From Patescibacteria group bacterium UBA924 (lineage in GTDB: Bacteria > Patescibacteriota > Microgenomatia > UBA1400 > PJMF01): a stretch of 64,000 nt of DNA. Positions 27,334 to 37,279 of the stretch are shown here, piece after piece. Each line of letters opens with the position of its first letter. Position 1 is the first letter of the stretch. The position numbers and the translations under genes were made by a program. Location: the NCBI GenBank assembly GCA_002293725.1, contig DBDU01000021.1, positions 3,369 to 67,368 on the forward strand. Reading direction: 5' to 3'. Below the pieces are notes generated by a model. The model had not been told where the DNA came from, searched no databases, and saw only the letters and a program-made list of their open reading frames with translations.

Positions 27334-27975
27334 CTAAATAATATAGAGGAAAACCTGGTTTTTCTCGGCTTCTATAGTCCAGCCAGGAATAGGGTAATGA
27401 TTAGAAATCACTCGAGTACCAGGTCTCAACTCCGCCCGAAACTTCTTCGTCAGAGCTTTCATCATCGATGGGACTGCATAGATGGTCACCACGTCATACT
27501 CACCTAAATCTACATCCCATAAACTTTGCCAAACAATCTTGGCATTTTTAATTTTTTGGGCTGCTAAGAGCCGCTCAGCTTTTTCTACCATTGAAGGGTT
27601 TAACTCAACCCCTACTGCGTCCGCTCCAGCATCAGCAAACGCGGCTACTACTCGGCCATCTCCAGAACCTAAATCAATAACTCGCATCCCTTTTTTTACC
27701 TTTGCTAGCTTGACCATTGTTTGAACATTCTCTTCAGATGTTGGAACGTACACCGCTCCACTAATCTTGGGTAAGATGTAGAAGGGCAGATTAAGAAAGT
27801 GAAATAAAACGGCAATGCTGAGGAAACCAATCAAGGCAGCCAGAATGGCAAAGTAAAACACAAAGCCAATCGAGTAGAAAAAGAGCACTAAAACACTAAT
27901 GATCAACAGAGCTTGAAGTAAGTACAGCTGAACGAGCTTGGCATTTTCATGTTCCATGAAAAAGCGAAGTTTCAT
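27334..27975 (-). CDS. Membrane-anchored class I SAM methyltransferase (FAM173/aKMT-like)
   Basis: Two N-terminal TMs, YVPT, DLGSGDGR, GVELNP, ELRPGTRVIS. Confidence 0.85.
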   Translation of the reverse strand: MKLRFFMEHENAKLVQLYLLQALLIISVLVLFFYSIGFVFYFAILAALIGFLSIAVLFHFLNLPFYILPKISGAVYVPTSEENVQTMVKLAKVKKGMRVIDLGSGDGRVVAAFADAGADAVGVELNPSMVEKAERLLAAQKIKNAKIVWQSLWDVDLGEYDVVTIYAVPSMMKALTKKFRAELRPGTRVISNHYPIPGWTIEAEKNQVFLYII

Positions 27976-28907
27976 GAAACCCCTTTGAGCTCATTTAAAG
28001 CAATTGTAATGGCTCCATACACCGGCTCTTCTTCTAAGATTCTCATCTTTGCTTGTGGAAACTCCGTAGTTAACTTAGCGCTCACCCGCTCGAAAATAAA
28101 CGGGAGCTTGGCAATACTGCCCGAACAAATGAGCTCGACCGGCTCACTCTTTAACTCTAAACGACGCATGACAGCTTCAGCCATCATCACCAAGTCTGTT
28201 ACCATTGTCTCTAAAATCTCTGTCGCCACTTTATCGCCTTGTTGATGGGCTTCCACACAAACTTTTGCTAACTCTGCGATCTGTGCTTTGTTCAAAATTG
28301 GGAAGTAGATCTTTGATTTTAAGTCATTAAAGTCATCGGCTTCAAAATGTTTCAGTACCATCTGCTCTAGAACGCTGGGTGTACTTCGTCCGTCAAAGCT
28401 GCAGACTGCTGCGCGCAAAGCCATTCGCCCAATCTCATACCCTGATCCTTGATCAGTGAGTAAGAAGTCCATGCCACTGGTCCGAGCCGAGCGACCATCT
28501 GCGCGCTTACCAAAACACTGTGAACCCGTTCCTGAAATAAGGGCAACAATATTTTGGTTAGGCTGACCAAATGCCATGACTAAATGAATATCATTAATAA
28601 TGGTTAAGCTACCAATTTTGTAGTGTTGTAGTACGTCACGAAAGACATCTTCCGCCCGTTGTTTTTCCTCAGGTGTATCTAACCCTGCTACACCTACCAC
28701 CACTTTGGGAAAGTAAAAGTCGCCTGTTAGGCCAGTGGTTAACTGACGTAAAGTCTCCACCAGGTTCATACTGGCGAGACCTAAGCTCGTTGCAGTTAAG
28801 CTTGTTGGCCCGGTAGTTGCACGTGTTAGTACATGTCCTGAAGTATCAGCACAGAGGCCGTCAGTCTTACTTCCTCCACCGTCGATTCCAATTAAGTACT
28901 CTGTCAT
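27972..28907 (-). CDS. BadF/BadG/BcrA/BcrD-family sugar kinase (GlcNAc kinase-like)
   Basis: IGIDGGGSKT, IND, ISGTGS, DQGSGYEIG. Confidence 0.88.
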   Translation of the reverse strand: MTEYLIGIDGGGSKTDGLCADTSGHVLTRATTGPTSLTATSLGLASMNLVETLRQLTTGLTGDFYFPKVVVGVAGLDTPEEKQRAEDVFRDVLQHYKIGSLTIINDIHLVMAFGQPNQNIVALISGTGSQCFGKRADGRSARTSGMDFLLTDQGSGYEIGRMALRAAVCSFDGRSTPSVLEQMVLKHFEADDFNDLKSKIYFPILNKAQIAELAKVCVEAHQQGDKVATEILETMVTDLVMMAEAVMRRLELKSEPVELICSGSIAKLPFIFERVSAKLTTEFPQAKMRILEEEPVYGAITIALNELKGVS

Positions 28908-30880
28908 GATGTCGTCAGCTCCTTCACCCTCTCAATGTACATCAAAACAGTCTCGACGTACACAGCATGACTCCACACCAACGGCGTAGCAGAGAGCGGC
29001 TGGCCAGTATAAGGATGCATTTGCTCAGGGAGTACACCAGATATTGTCTGGTACTTCACCACCCAGGAAAGATACTCACGAACCTTTGCCAGTCCCTCTT
29101 CAGTAACTACTTTCTTGCTTAAGATTCGCTGTGCCTGCCAAAGGGTAGTAATAATCCAAGAGTTAGAGACGTCGGTTGATTTAAAGTAGTCGTCATTTTG
29201 GTAACGAATAATTCCGCCCGTAGGAGTGTCGTTCAGCAGTAATGTATCCACAGCTTTCTCGGTAGCGATAAAAAGTGGATCGTCTTCTTCAAAAGCTTGG
29301 AAGTACCACAGTCCGAACAGGGAGCTAGCATCTACAATCTCTTCTTGGCGAACTGTATCACCCTCGATGTAACTGACACGGATGAAGCTTTGCAGCCGTT
29401 CGTTAAAGAGATACTTCTTCATCGCTGCTTTAATTTCTTCCGCAGCGTCACGGTAAATACGCATGTGGTTTCGTTTACCCAACAGCTCTGAGAAACGTGC
29501 CGCAGCCTGAAGTGCTCCATAGACCGATGCGCAGGTATACGTAGATACCCCAATTTTTTCTTCCCAGAGATCATAAGAGTGGAGCGGCAGATGGGTATCT
29601 TGATTTCGAAACGCCACTAAGAAATTGGCAATCTTTTCGATAAAGGGTTTATAGGCTAACTCGATATACTCGATATCTTTGGTTTTTTCGTAGTGCTTCC
29701 ACAGTGCAAAGAGTACCGACGCTGACTCATCTTCTTGAATAGGCAACTGTAAGATTCGATCTTTGAGCCACTCTTTCTGGGAAGTCGTAGAGTGCCAGGT
29801 TGAACCTAGGGCTTCATCCGAGCGGAAACGGTGGTGTAAGTACCCGTCGGGATGAAGCACGTGCTGGCAGAAAGTAAAGAATGGGGTGGTTGCTTCGTGA
29901 TATCCGGCTTTGTCTAAAATAATGGCAATAAAGGAAGCGTCTCGCGGCCACATGTAGGCATAGTCATCCTTGCCATACTCCATGATGGTAGAGTCAAGTG
30001 ACGCCACAATGCTTCCTCGATTATCGGTGTGTGAACGCAAAATAAAGAGGGAAGTGTCAAACAGCTTTTTCTGTTCGGCATCAAGGAAAGAGAGATCCCA
30101 AGTCTGTTTATTAATCCAAGCGTTCCAAAACTGTTCAGTAGAGTGAATCATGTTCTCTGGCTTTTTGAAGAGCACCAGATCATTCAAAGCGAACGCTTCT
30201 TCTAATGTTTGGGCAGCACTGATCCAGTAAAACAACTGATTCTTAATCTTGGGTTCACAGACTAAACTGAAACGGACTACCGAGTCTACTGAGCCATGTT
30301 CAACTGCGTTACGTGATAAAACTCCGTCTTCAGCATCCCGATATGAACCTTCTTTGCCCTCATAATCAAACATGCCAATCGTATAATCATCGATACCGGT
30401 TCCAGCACTAGTACGGCCGTCAACTACAAAGACTCTACATCCCTTATAGTGCACAACTGTTGCATGGGTTGGATCATAAAAACCGGTGTTACGAGTCTTA
30501 TTCTCGCTAATACGAAACTCTTGTCCAAAGAAGATCCGCACTTCTCTTGGTTGGTCTGTTTGGTTGTAGATATCAACCTGACGTAAGAAGACGTTGTGTT
30601 CGTTGTAAACAGCGTCTTCCATCACGATACTCAATTGGAGCTTATTATTTTTACACACCAACTGACCGATCATCGTTTCTGGCTTATAGCCGATGTTAAT
30701 CTCCCAGCTGCCATCGTCAATCCAAGAGTACATGCCATCAACCATGACTCCAATACGATGCTTTTTTCCAATCACATGATTCTCTAGTCCCACGTAGGGG
30801 TAGTACATGTCACGCACATATCCATGTTCATCGAGACAAACTGAGAACGCTCCATTTCCGAGCACTAACGAACGCGGCAT
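28904..30880 (-). CDS. Glycoside hydrolase family 15 (glucoamylase-like)
   Basis: YAYMWPRDA, QEDE, DLWEE, LPEQ, PLVWSHA. Confidence 0.93.
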   Translation of the reverse strand: MPRSLVLGNGAFSVCLDEHGYVRDMYYPYVGLENHVIGKKHRIGVMVDGMYSWIDDGSWEINIGYKPETMIGQLVCKNNKLQLSIVMEDAVYNEHNVFLRQVDIYNQTDQPREVRIFFGQEFRISENKTRNTGFYDPTHATVVHYKGCRVFVVDGRTSAGTGIDDYTIGMFDYEGKEGSYRDAEDGVLSRNAVEHGSVDSVVRFSLVCEPKIKNQLFYWISAAQTLEEAFALNDLVLFKKPENMIHSTEQFWNAWINKQTWDLSFLDAEQKKLFDTSLFILRSHTDNRGSIVASLDSTIMEYGKDDYAYMWPRDASFIAIILDKAGYHEATTPFFTFCQHVLHPDGYLHHRFRSDEALGSTWHSTTSQKEWLKDRILQLPIQEDESASVLFALWKHYEKTKDIEYIELAYKPFIEKIANFLVAFRNQDTHLPLHSYDLWEEKIGVSTYTCASVYGALQAAARFSELLGKRNHMRIYRDAAEEIKAAMKKYLFNERLQSFIRVSYIEGDTVRQEEIVDASSLFGLWYFQAFEEDDPLFIATEKAVDTLLLNDTPTGGIIRYQNDDYFKSTDVSNSWIITTLWQAQRILSKKVVTEEGLAKVREYLSWVVKYQTISGVLPEQMHPYTGQPLSATPLVWSHAVYVETVLMYIERVKELTTS

Positions 30881-30889
30881 ACTCCCTTT

Positions 30890-32128
30890 CTAGTCTGCCG
30901 TTTGGGCAGGTTGTTGTTGTCGAATACGATCTTGTAAATCAATCATTACCGCACTAAAGCGGTTGTATGCCTCGAAAGGCGAATCATACGGACTGAAGTA
31001 CTTATGAACGTCACCATCGGCAGACCATTTAACACACATATAGTAAAAGTGATCGCTCGTCTGCACTCTTCGCCAATCACTCACGAGTGCTGCGTCTCCA
31101 CTTTTCAATACATCCGCTTCCATGCTGTAGACCAATCGCAGTGCATCATTCTGTAATGAGTTCCCTCGCCAAGCCGTCAGGTCACGATCAATATCCGCCC
31201 ATGAGATTGGGTCTGGTACGTCGTAGACAGGTAGGGACTCAGTGCTTTTGGCTGCTAAAGCGTATGGCTCGAGAACCGTTGAAGGTGTGACAAAGTGATG
31301 GTCGTATTGAATACTCCGATCAACAAAGTGGCGGAAAAAGTTAAATATGCCAGTGTCTTCCCACTGATGCTCACCAAAAGTCTCGAAGTCCATAAACAAG
31401 TTAATGAACTCATCCGCGTAGTATGAGTTGAGCCAATGAACGTACTTTTCCGCAGTAAGTGGATGCTCTTCCCAAGCTTTGTTTGAGAAACGGAACGCCA
31501 CGTCATCCGACAGTTGAGCATGCTTGAGTAAAAGTGGCAGTGGTGGCTGAGTGTAAGAGCGGTAAAGTTGAGTCCGCGGTCGCCCCCCAAGGTATCTATC
31601 TACTGCCTCCGTTAACATACCCATGTAGCCCATTTGCTCTACTTGCTGGGCAATAAAGTTGGCATAAATCAGTTCAGTATTACGAAAAACTTTGGGAGTA
31701 TAGCCAAATAGTTCTTGAACGAGCTCTTCGTGCTGCTCAACTTGACGTCGAAACTCAACAGGGGAGTATAAACTCGCCAACGAGTGATAGTACGTTTCAG
31801 CTAGCAACTCAACTTGACCCGTCTCGGTTAGTCGTTGGATCAACGAAATTACTTCGGGTTGATAGGCCTGTGCTTGTTCTAAAAACACGCCAGAGCAAGA
31901 TAACGCAAAACAGAAGGAAGGATGCGTCGTTGCAATGTCTAACAGTAACGACAACATGGGAATATATGACTTTTGGGCTACTTTGCGAAAGATTTGCGCA
32001 TTCTCATCTTTGGGCTGTCCATTTTTATGCTCAATGAAGTAGTTCAGATCTTGATTCAGTTCAAAAACCGAGAATGGCCGCAAACGATAGGGTTGGTGGA
32101 GCTGGAAGTACAGACAAAGCTTTGCCAT
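30890..32128 (-). CDS. Glycoside hydrolase family 57 (alpha-amylase-like)
   Basis: HQPYR, ETYYHS, FRNTE, MDFETFGEH, SWAD, TSDHFYY. Confidence 0.93.
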   Translation of the reverse strand: MAKLCLYFQLHQPYRLRPFSVFELNQDLNYFIEHKNGQPKDENAQIFRKVAQKSYIPMLSLLLDIATTHPSFCFALSCSGVFLEQAQAYQPEVISLIQRLTETGQVELLAETYYHSLASLYSPVEFRRQVEQHEELVQELFGYTPKVFRNTELIYANFIAQQVEQMGYMGMLTEAVDRYLGGRPRTQLYRSYTQPPLPLLLKHAQLSDDVAFRFSNKAWEEHPLTAEKYVHWLNSYYADEFINLFMDFETFGEHQWEDTGIFNFFRHFVDRSIQYDHHFVTPSTVLEPYALAAKSTESLPVYDVPDPISWADIDRDLTAWRGNSLQNDALRLVYSMEADVLKSGDAALVSDWRRVQTSDHFYYMCVKWSADGDVHKYFSPYDSPFEAYNRFSAVMIDLQDRIRQQQPAQTAD

Positions 32129-32131
32129 ACA

Positions 32132-33376
32132 CTATGATTTTTTCTCTAACAGTTTGCTATAGATCTTGGACACGTTATCCGCTGCATTTTGCCAAGTAGC
32201 ATGCTCTAAATCTTCATTTTGGCCAGTAACTACTTGGGCTCGGAATACAGGATCTGTCACCAACTCCGTGATATAGCTGGCCATTTTTTCAACATCCCAG
32301 AAATCTGCCTTCAATGAGTGCGTCAGCATCTCTTTTACTCCTGAGTTTTCTGACACTATCACTGGAGTCTCACGCTGCGCAGCTTCTAAAGCCACTAATC
32401 CGAATGGCTCAGACAGTGAGGGCATCACGAAAACATCAGCGCGGCTTAAAAGTGCTTCCCGTTGATGATCTCTCATGAAACCAGTAAATAAGACTGAAGC
32501 TGAGAGTTGTTGGTATGCACTTTGAAAAAGCAGTGAGTGATACTGGTCTCCATGGCCAGCAACCACAAAGAGCGCCTCGGGAATTTGATCAACTACAGCT
32601 CGTGCCAGTTGTAAGAAGTACTCGGCGCCTTTTTGAGCAGTAAGTCTTCCCATAAAAACGATCATTGGTCGTTTAGTGGCAAATTGAAGCTCATCGTTTA
32701 CTAACTTGCTTGCTGGCGTTACACCATTATGGACAACCACAATTTTCTTAGGATCTACGTGGTACTTATCAATCAGGATTCGCTTCGTAAAGTTGCTGAC
32801 CGCAATAACTCGATCTGCTCGCTGCATTCCCAGATACTCGGTGTGTGCGATGTAATGGCTACCATGTCCACTAGGGATACGATCCATCTCAGTTGAGTGA
32901 ATATGAGCGATAAAAGGTTTCTTGACCTTTTCTTGAAGTTTCATGGCCGCCGGAAAAGCCATCCAGTCATGTGCATGAATAAGGTCATACTTTTGGCGAA
33001 GCTGTTTCCCCGCACTTAAAACTTGATCAGCATAGTAGTTCACTCGCTGTTCAATCTCAGATTGAGGAAGGGCAGAAAGCTCGATACTGTCTTTTAAAGC
33101 AAAGTCGGCCGGGCTGACAACACTGGGAGAGTACGCTAAAAAGGGGGGCCTGCCAGCCAAGGCCAGCTCAACTTCCGCTGGATTTTGACAGGTAATTACC
33201 TTCATGTGCGTAACGGCTGTGGAGAAACGATATGGAAGAGTAAAGAAAATATTGGCGTTGGTGTCGGCTAAAGCATGAGTTAAGCCCTCACAAGCCACCC
33301 CCAACCCACCACTATTGTGGGGAGGGTATTCCCATCCAACCATTAAGACACGGTGTTGAGTGTCTCTCATCGGCAA
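32132..33376 (-). CDS. GT4 glycosyltransferase (glycogen/alpha-glucan synthase-like)
   Basis: WEYPP..SGGLG, HAHDW, PSLSEPFGLVALEA. Confidence 0.92.
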   Translation of the reverse strand: MPMRDTQHRVLMVGWEYPPHNSGGLGVACEGLTHALADTNANIFFTLPYRFSTAVTHMKVITCQNPAEVELALAGRPPFLAYSPSVVSPADFALKDSIELSALPQSEIEQRVNYYADQVLSAGKQLRQKYDLIHAHDWMAFPAAMKLQEKVKKPFIAHIHSTEMDRIPSGHGSHYIAHTEYLGMQRADRVIAVSNFTKRILIDKYHVDPKKIVVVHNGVTPASKLVNDELQFATKRPMIVFMGRLTAQKGAEYFLQLARAVVDQIPEALFVVAGHGDQYHSLLFQSAYQQLSASVLFTGFMRDHQREALLSRADVFVMPSLSEPFGLVALEAAQRETPVIVSENSGVKEMLTHSLKADFWDVEKMASYITELVTDPVFRAQVVTGQNEDLEHATWQNAADNVSKIYSKLLEKKS

Positions 33377-33500
33377 TCACTCGGCTAATATACTCAAATC
33401 TTACATAACATAATAGACAGTTTTGACAGAGAAAAAAAGTACTATTCTCTAGATCAGAAAGAGCAGTTAGTGAAGTAAAAAAAAGAGTGTATTACAACCT

Positions 33501-34205
33501 TTAGTAGTCATTAACCCGAAATTGCCCAATCCTAGTACGCCGTAGGGCAATGACCGTGGCGCCTAAGTCCAGTGCATGCCCGATATCAACGGCTAGTGAG
33601 CGAATATACGTCCCCGAACCGCAAACTACTCTACACCTAAAAAACGACTTCTGCTGATCTTGATTATGATAAAAATCAAGTAACTCTAGTGAGATGATTT
33701 TTACTTTTCGAGAGGGTAAATCAACTAATAGCTGCTTTTTTCGCGCCATATCATAGAGCTTGCGACCGTGGATCTTTATTGCCGAGTAGGCGGGAACTTG
33801 CTGCTGATACTCGCCAACGAACTGCTTGAGAACCTTTTCCAGTTGAGACCGCGAAACAGCGCTGACATCTTCCCAGCTAAACATCTTGGTAGTCTCTCCC
33901 AACGCATCATATGTATCTGTCTCTCTTCCTAGCTCTGCAGTGAAGAGATACTCTTTCTCCATTCCCATGAACTGATCTTGAAGGCGAGTGGTCTCCCGAC
34001 CAACTAGCACCAGCAAAACTCCTGTGGCGAGCGGATCGAGGGTTCCGGCATGCCCAACTCGTTTGATTCCAGTTTGTCGACGTACCTGGTTGACCATACT
34101 GTGACTAGAAATACTGCTGGGTTTGTCTAAAACTTTCAGTCGTTCTTCTTGGAGCAACTGTGTTATCTGTTCCGCAGTGAGGGGAGTGAGCCCATGCTTA
34201 CTCAT
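33501..34205 (-). CDS. truB: tRNA pseudouridine(55) synthase
   Basis: DKP, GHAGTLDPLATGVL, PAYSAIK, GTYIRSL. No PUA tail. Start moved to ATG 34205. Confidence 0.93.
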   Translation of the reverse strand: MSKHGLTPLTAEQITQLLQEERLKVLDKPSSISSHSMVNQVRRQTGIKRVGHAGTLDPLATGVLLVLVGRETTRLQDQFMGMEKEYLFTAELGRETDTYDALGETTKMFSWEDVSAVSRSQLEKVLKQFVGEYQQQVPAYSAIKIHGRKLYDMARKKQLLVDLPSRKVKIISLELLDFYHNQDQQKSFFRCRVVCGSGTYIRSLAVDIGHALDLGATVIALRRTRIGQFRVNDY

Positions 34206-34207
34206 AG

Positions 34208-35056
34208 CTAGATCTGGCAGGTGGGGCAGTAAAACGTCCCCCGGCCACCAAGTTTGATCTTGATAATCATCTTGCCGCAGTTCGGGCAAGGCTGACCTTT
34301 TTTATCGTATACGCGCATTCGATCTTGATACTTACCAGCTAAGCCGCTTACGTGCACATACTTGCCATGCGCTGTTGCCCCTCCCAACTCGATGCCTAGC
34401 TCTACCACTTCTCGCATACTCTTTAGGAGTAGCTCCATCTCGGCTTTGGGAATGCTAGATGCTGGTCGCAGCGGAGAGATCTTCGCTAAGTTCAACGCAT
34501 CGCACGCATAAATATTGCCTACTCCAGCTACGATTTGGTTGTCCATAATAAACTGTTTGATCGGCATCTTCCGTTTACTAGCTTTTTGGAACAGATACTC
34601 TGCAGTGATAGCTGGATCAATCACATCAGGAGCTAGACCTTCAAGACTTTGCTCAGCAAGGTGATTATTAACTGCCCGGACCCATCCAAAGATACGCTGG
34701 TCATTAAAGAACAGCTTGGTTTGATCAGTGAAAGTAAATGCAATCCGAGTATGACTGCTAGGCAACTCTTGAATCCAGTCAGCGGTGGGATGACCACCAC
34801 CTGTCCGAAAAGCACCATCTACATAAATAAGTTGGCCTGACATCTTTAAATGGACCATTAGGGTGAGATCATTGGTCAGGCGAATGAGCAACACCTTGGA
34901 GCGACGGTTCACTCCTTTGACTTGCTGATGAAGCACTGTCGGGATCTCACCACTCCAGCTTTTGGCTTTAAATACTTCGATCCTCGCAATCTCTTTCCCA
35001 ACGATTACTTTTTCCAACTGACGACGGACTGTCTCAACTTCTGGTAACTCTGGCAT
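34208..35056 (-). CDS. mutM: Formamidopyrimidine-DNA glycosylase
   Basis: MPELPEVE, HLKMSG, GVGNIY, C-terminal zinc finger. Confidence 0.97.
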   Translation of the reverse strand: MPELPEVETVRRQLEKVIVGKEIARIEVFKAKSWSGEIPTVLHQQVKGVNRRSKVLLIRLTNDLTLMVHLKMSGQLIYVDGAFRTGGGHPTADWIQELPSSHTRIAFTFTDQTKLFFNDQRIFGWVRAVNNHLAEQSLEGLAPDVIDPAITAEYLFQKASKRKMPIKQFIMDNQIVAGVGNIYACDALNLAKISPLRPASSIPKAEMELLLKSMREVVELGIELGGATAHGKYVHVSGLAGKYQDRMRVYDKKGQPCPNCGKMIIKIKLGGRGTFYCPTCQI

Positions 35057-35108
35057 ACTCGATAGTGTACTACACTCAGAATCCTGTTATAATTCTGCCT
35101 TGTTAAAC

Positions 35109-35182
35109 GGGTCCGTAGCTCAGTCGGTTAGAGCGACAGCCTTTTAAGCTGTGCGTCCTGGGTTCGAGTCCCAGCGGACCCA
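35109..35182 (+). tRNA. tRNA-Lys(TTT)
   Basis: GGGTCCG...ACAGC-CTTTTAA-GCTGT...GGTTCGAGTCC...CGGACCC-A. Confidence 0.96.
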
Positions 35183-35276
35183 CGTTGAACACTTTTCCTC
35201 TAGAGCACAAATCTGTTTATAACTTTCTGCTATTTGCTTCTGTTGCTGACAACGCGAAATAGACTATACTTGATCT

Positions 35277-37166
35277 ATGTTAAATACGCGGAAGCTCGTT
35301 TATATTTTGCCTGAAGTTTGTTTTGTCGCCGAGTTGTTACCGACAAAAAAGCCTCATACTTTTTCCATTCAATCATTCAGACAGATCAATGCTCCATTCA
35401 TGGAAGATGAAGAGCTGGTGATTGAAAATGTACTGAAGTTGTTTCGCAAACTCGAGCCTGAGACCTATACACTAGTCTTACCTGATTTCTTATTTACCAA
35501 CACTATTGTGGACGTTGCCGAAACAAATGAGTCTAAAGTTCGTGAGTATCTCGTAAGTAAGCTTTTACCTAGTCTGGGTTTATCTAAAGACACGCATCAA
35601 TTAGAAACCTTCATCCTGACTCAACACAAAGGAAAGACCAAAGTTCAACTTTCTGGTTTAGAAAAAAGCATCTTAGCTCCTGTCTATCCGGTTGCTGAAG
35701 AGCGGGGTGTTGTTATTGATGCCATCTGCCCTCTAAGCTGGACATTGAAGAGCATTGTCTCGCTGGAACCTTCCTTAAGTGCCGTAGAGTTGGGGAAGCA
35801 TCTTTATGTGGCTCAACACTATATCGGCGTAGAACAGTCCATTTTCTTTCCTACTGAAGAGTTAAGTAATGTGGTGGAGACCGTCAAAACACTGCGCGGC
35901 GCCGAACCAAACTTACAGACACTCTACCTTCTGACGAGTACCACAACTGGCGAAGAAGTTCGTGCCAAACTTAAGAATCGTATTCCCGTCCAACAGTTAG
36001 CAGAAGAAGAAGCTGATCTAGAAGGACTTCCTGCTCATATCAAAACGACGATTGAAGCAGGTGCAAAGACACTTGATATCGAGGACTATCCTGTACCTAA
36101 GTTTAAGCTTGAGAAGTATCAAACTGAAGCAACTGCTCAAGAAGAAGAAGAAGAAGCTGAGGAAGAGCTACCAGCTCCTACCAAGAGTGCTGCTCTTGAT
36201 CAACCTAGTATTGAGATCTTTGAAGAAAGTCTCACCGACACTGATGGAGAAGCAGACCTTCCGGTTGTAGCTCCTACATTGCCTCTGGCAGCTACTCCTT
36301 TAACAATCACCAAGACGACTATAGAAATGGAAGAAATTGATCCCGAAGAGTTGGAAATTAAAAGTTCTGGCTTTGAAGAAGAGGCAATTGGCGAGGATAC
36401 CCCAGAGCTGGCTTCTGCCAAAGTAGAGCTAGAGCAAACTCAGTTTGTCGATCGTGACACGCTTGAAGATCCTACTGAAGAAGACAAACTAGAAAAGTCA
36501 ATTGAAGATACCTTAACTAAAGAGAGTGAGAGTAGCGATTGGTTGGATGACACTTTAGAGGGTGACGAACCAGAAGAGAAGCTCCCTCCATTAGCAAGTG
36601 AGCTCAAACCTACTGAGCCTGTCAGACAACGCCCGATTATTAAAAACCGCAACTCCACCAGCTCGATGGTGCGAATGATTGGTATTTCAATCGCTGCACT
36701 TATTATTACTGTGCTGGTAGGTGTAGGTGCTGGATTTGCTTTGCTGAGAACTTCCGAGAACAACCCGGCTATGAATCAGGCAATGGCCCCGACGCCAAAA
36801 CCAAGCCCAACTACCGCTGAGGTAACGCCAGTTCCCACCGCTACTTCTTCAGCCACTGCGACAGGCTCTGCTACCACTATTACTAAAGACAACGCTAGGA
36901 TCCTGGTAGTAAATGCCACTGGCGTAAGTGGCAAGGCTGCTCAGCTCAAGTCTAAGCTGACCACTGCTGGTTATAAAACAGTTGATACAGGAAATGCTTC
37001 CGCAACTTATGGTAAAGGCAACTTTGTTCTGATGGACAAAGAAGACTCCGCCCTCATCACCCAGTTAGGGAAAGATACGTCCCTAACTGTCACTTATGGC
37101 ACTCAGAAAAAATCCACCGAAGACAATACTGGCAGGTATGATCTCGTCTTCGTCATAAATGAATAA
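35277..37166 (+). CDS. Single-pass membrane protein: PilM/GspL-like N-domain (tentative), acidic linker, LytR_C domain
   Basis: ILVVNATGVSGKAA..K..L...GY....TGNA is LytR_C-like; E-rich linker; TM IGISIAALIITVLVGVGAGFALL. Confidence 0.75.
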   Translation: MLNTRKLVYILPEVCFVAELLPTKKPHTFSIQSFRQINAPFMEDEELVIENVLKLFRKLEPETYTLVLPDFLFTNTIVDVAETNESKVREYLVSKLLPSLGLSKDTHQLETFILTQHKGKTKVQLSGLEKSILAPVYPVAEERGVVIDAICPLSWTLKSIVSLEPSLSAVELGKHLYVAQHYIGVEQSIFFPTEELSNVVETVKTLRGAEPNLQTLYLLTSTTTGEEVRAKLKNRIPVQQLAEEEADLEGLPAHIKTTIEAGAKTLDIEDYPVPKFKLEKYQTEATAQEEEEEAEEELPAPTKSAALDQPSIEIFEESLTDTDGEADLPVVAPTLPLAATPLTITKTTIEMEEIDPEELEIKSSGFEEEAIGEDTPELASAKVELEQTQFVDRDTLEDPTEEDKLEKSIEDTLTKESESSDWLDDTLEGDEPEEKLPPLASELKPTEPVRQRPIIKNRNSTSSMVRMIGISIAALIITVLVGVGAGFALLRTSENNPAMNQAMAPTPKPSPTTAEVTPVPTATSSATATGSATTITKDNARILVVNATGVSGKAAQLKSKLTTAGYKTVDTGNASATYGKGNFVLMDKEDSALITQLGKDTSLTVTYGTQKKSTEDNTGRYDLVFVINE

Positions 37167-37279
37167 ACCTGGTATAGACGAAATTGACAACCATCAATAT
37201 TGTCGATTGAAAACAGGCTCTTGTTCAATTGGTCGAAATACGTATAATTGCGGCGTATCTAGTTGTAAGAGAGAACAAT

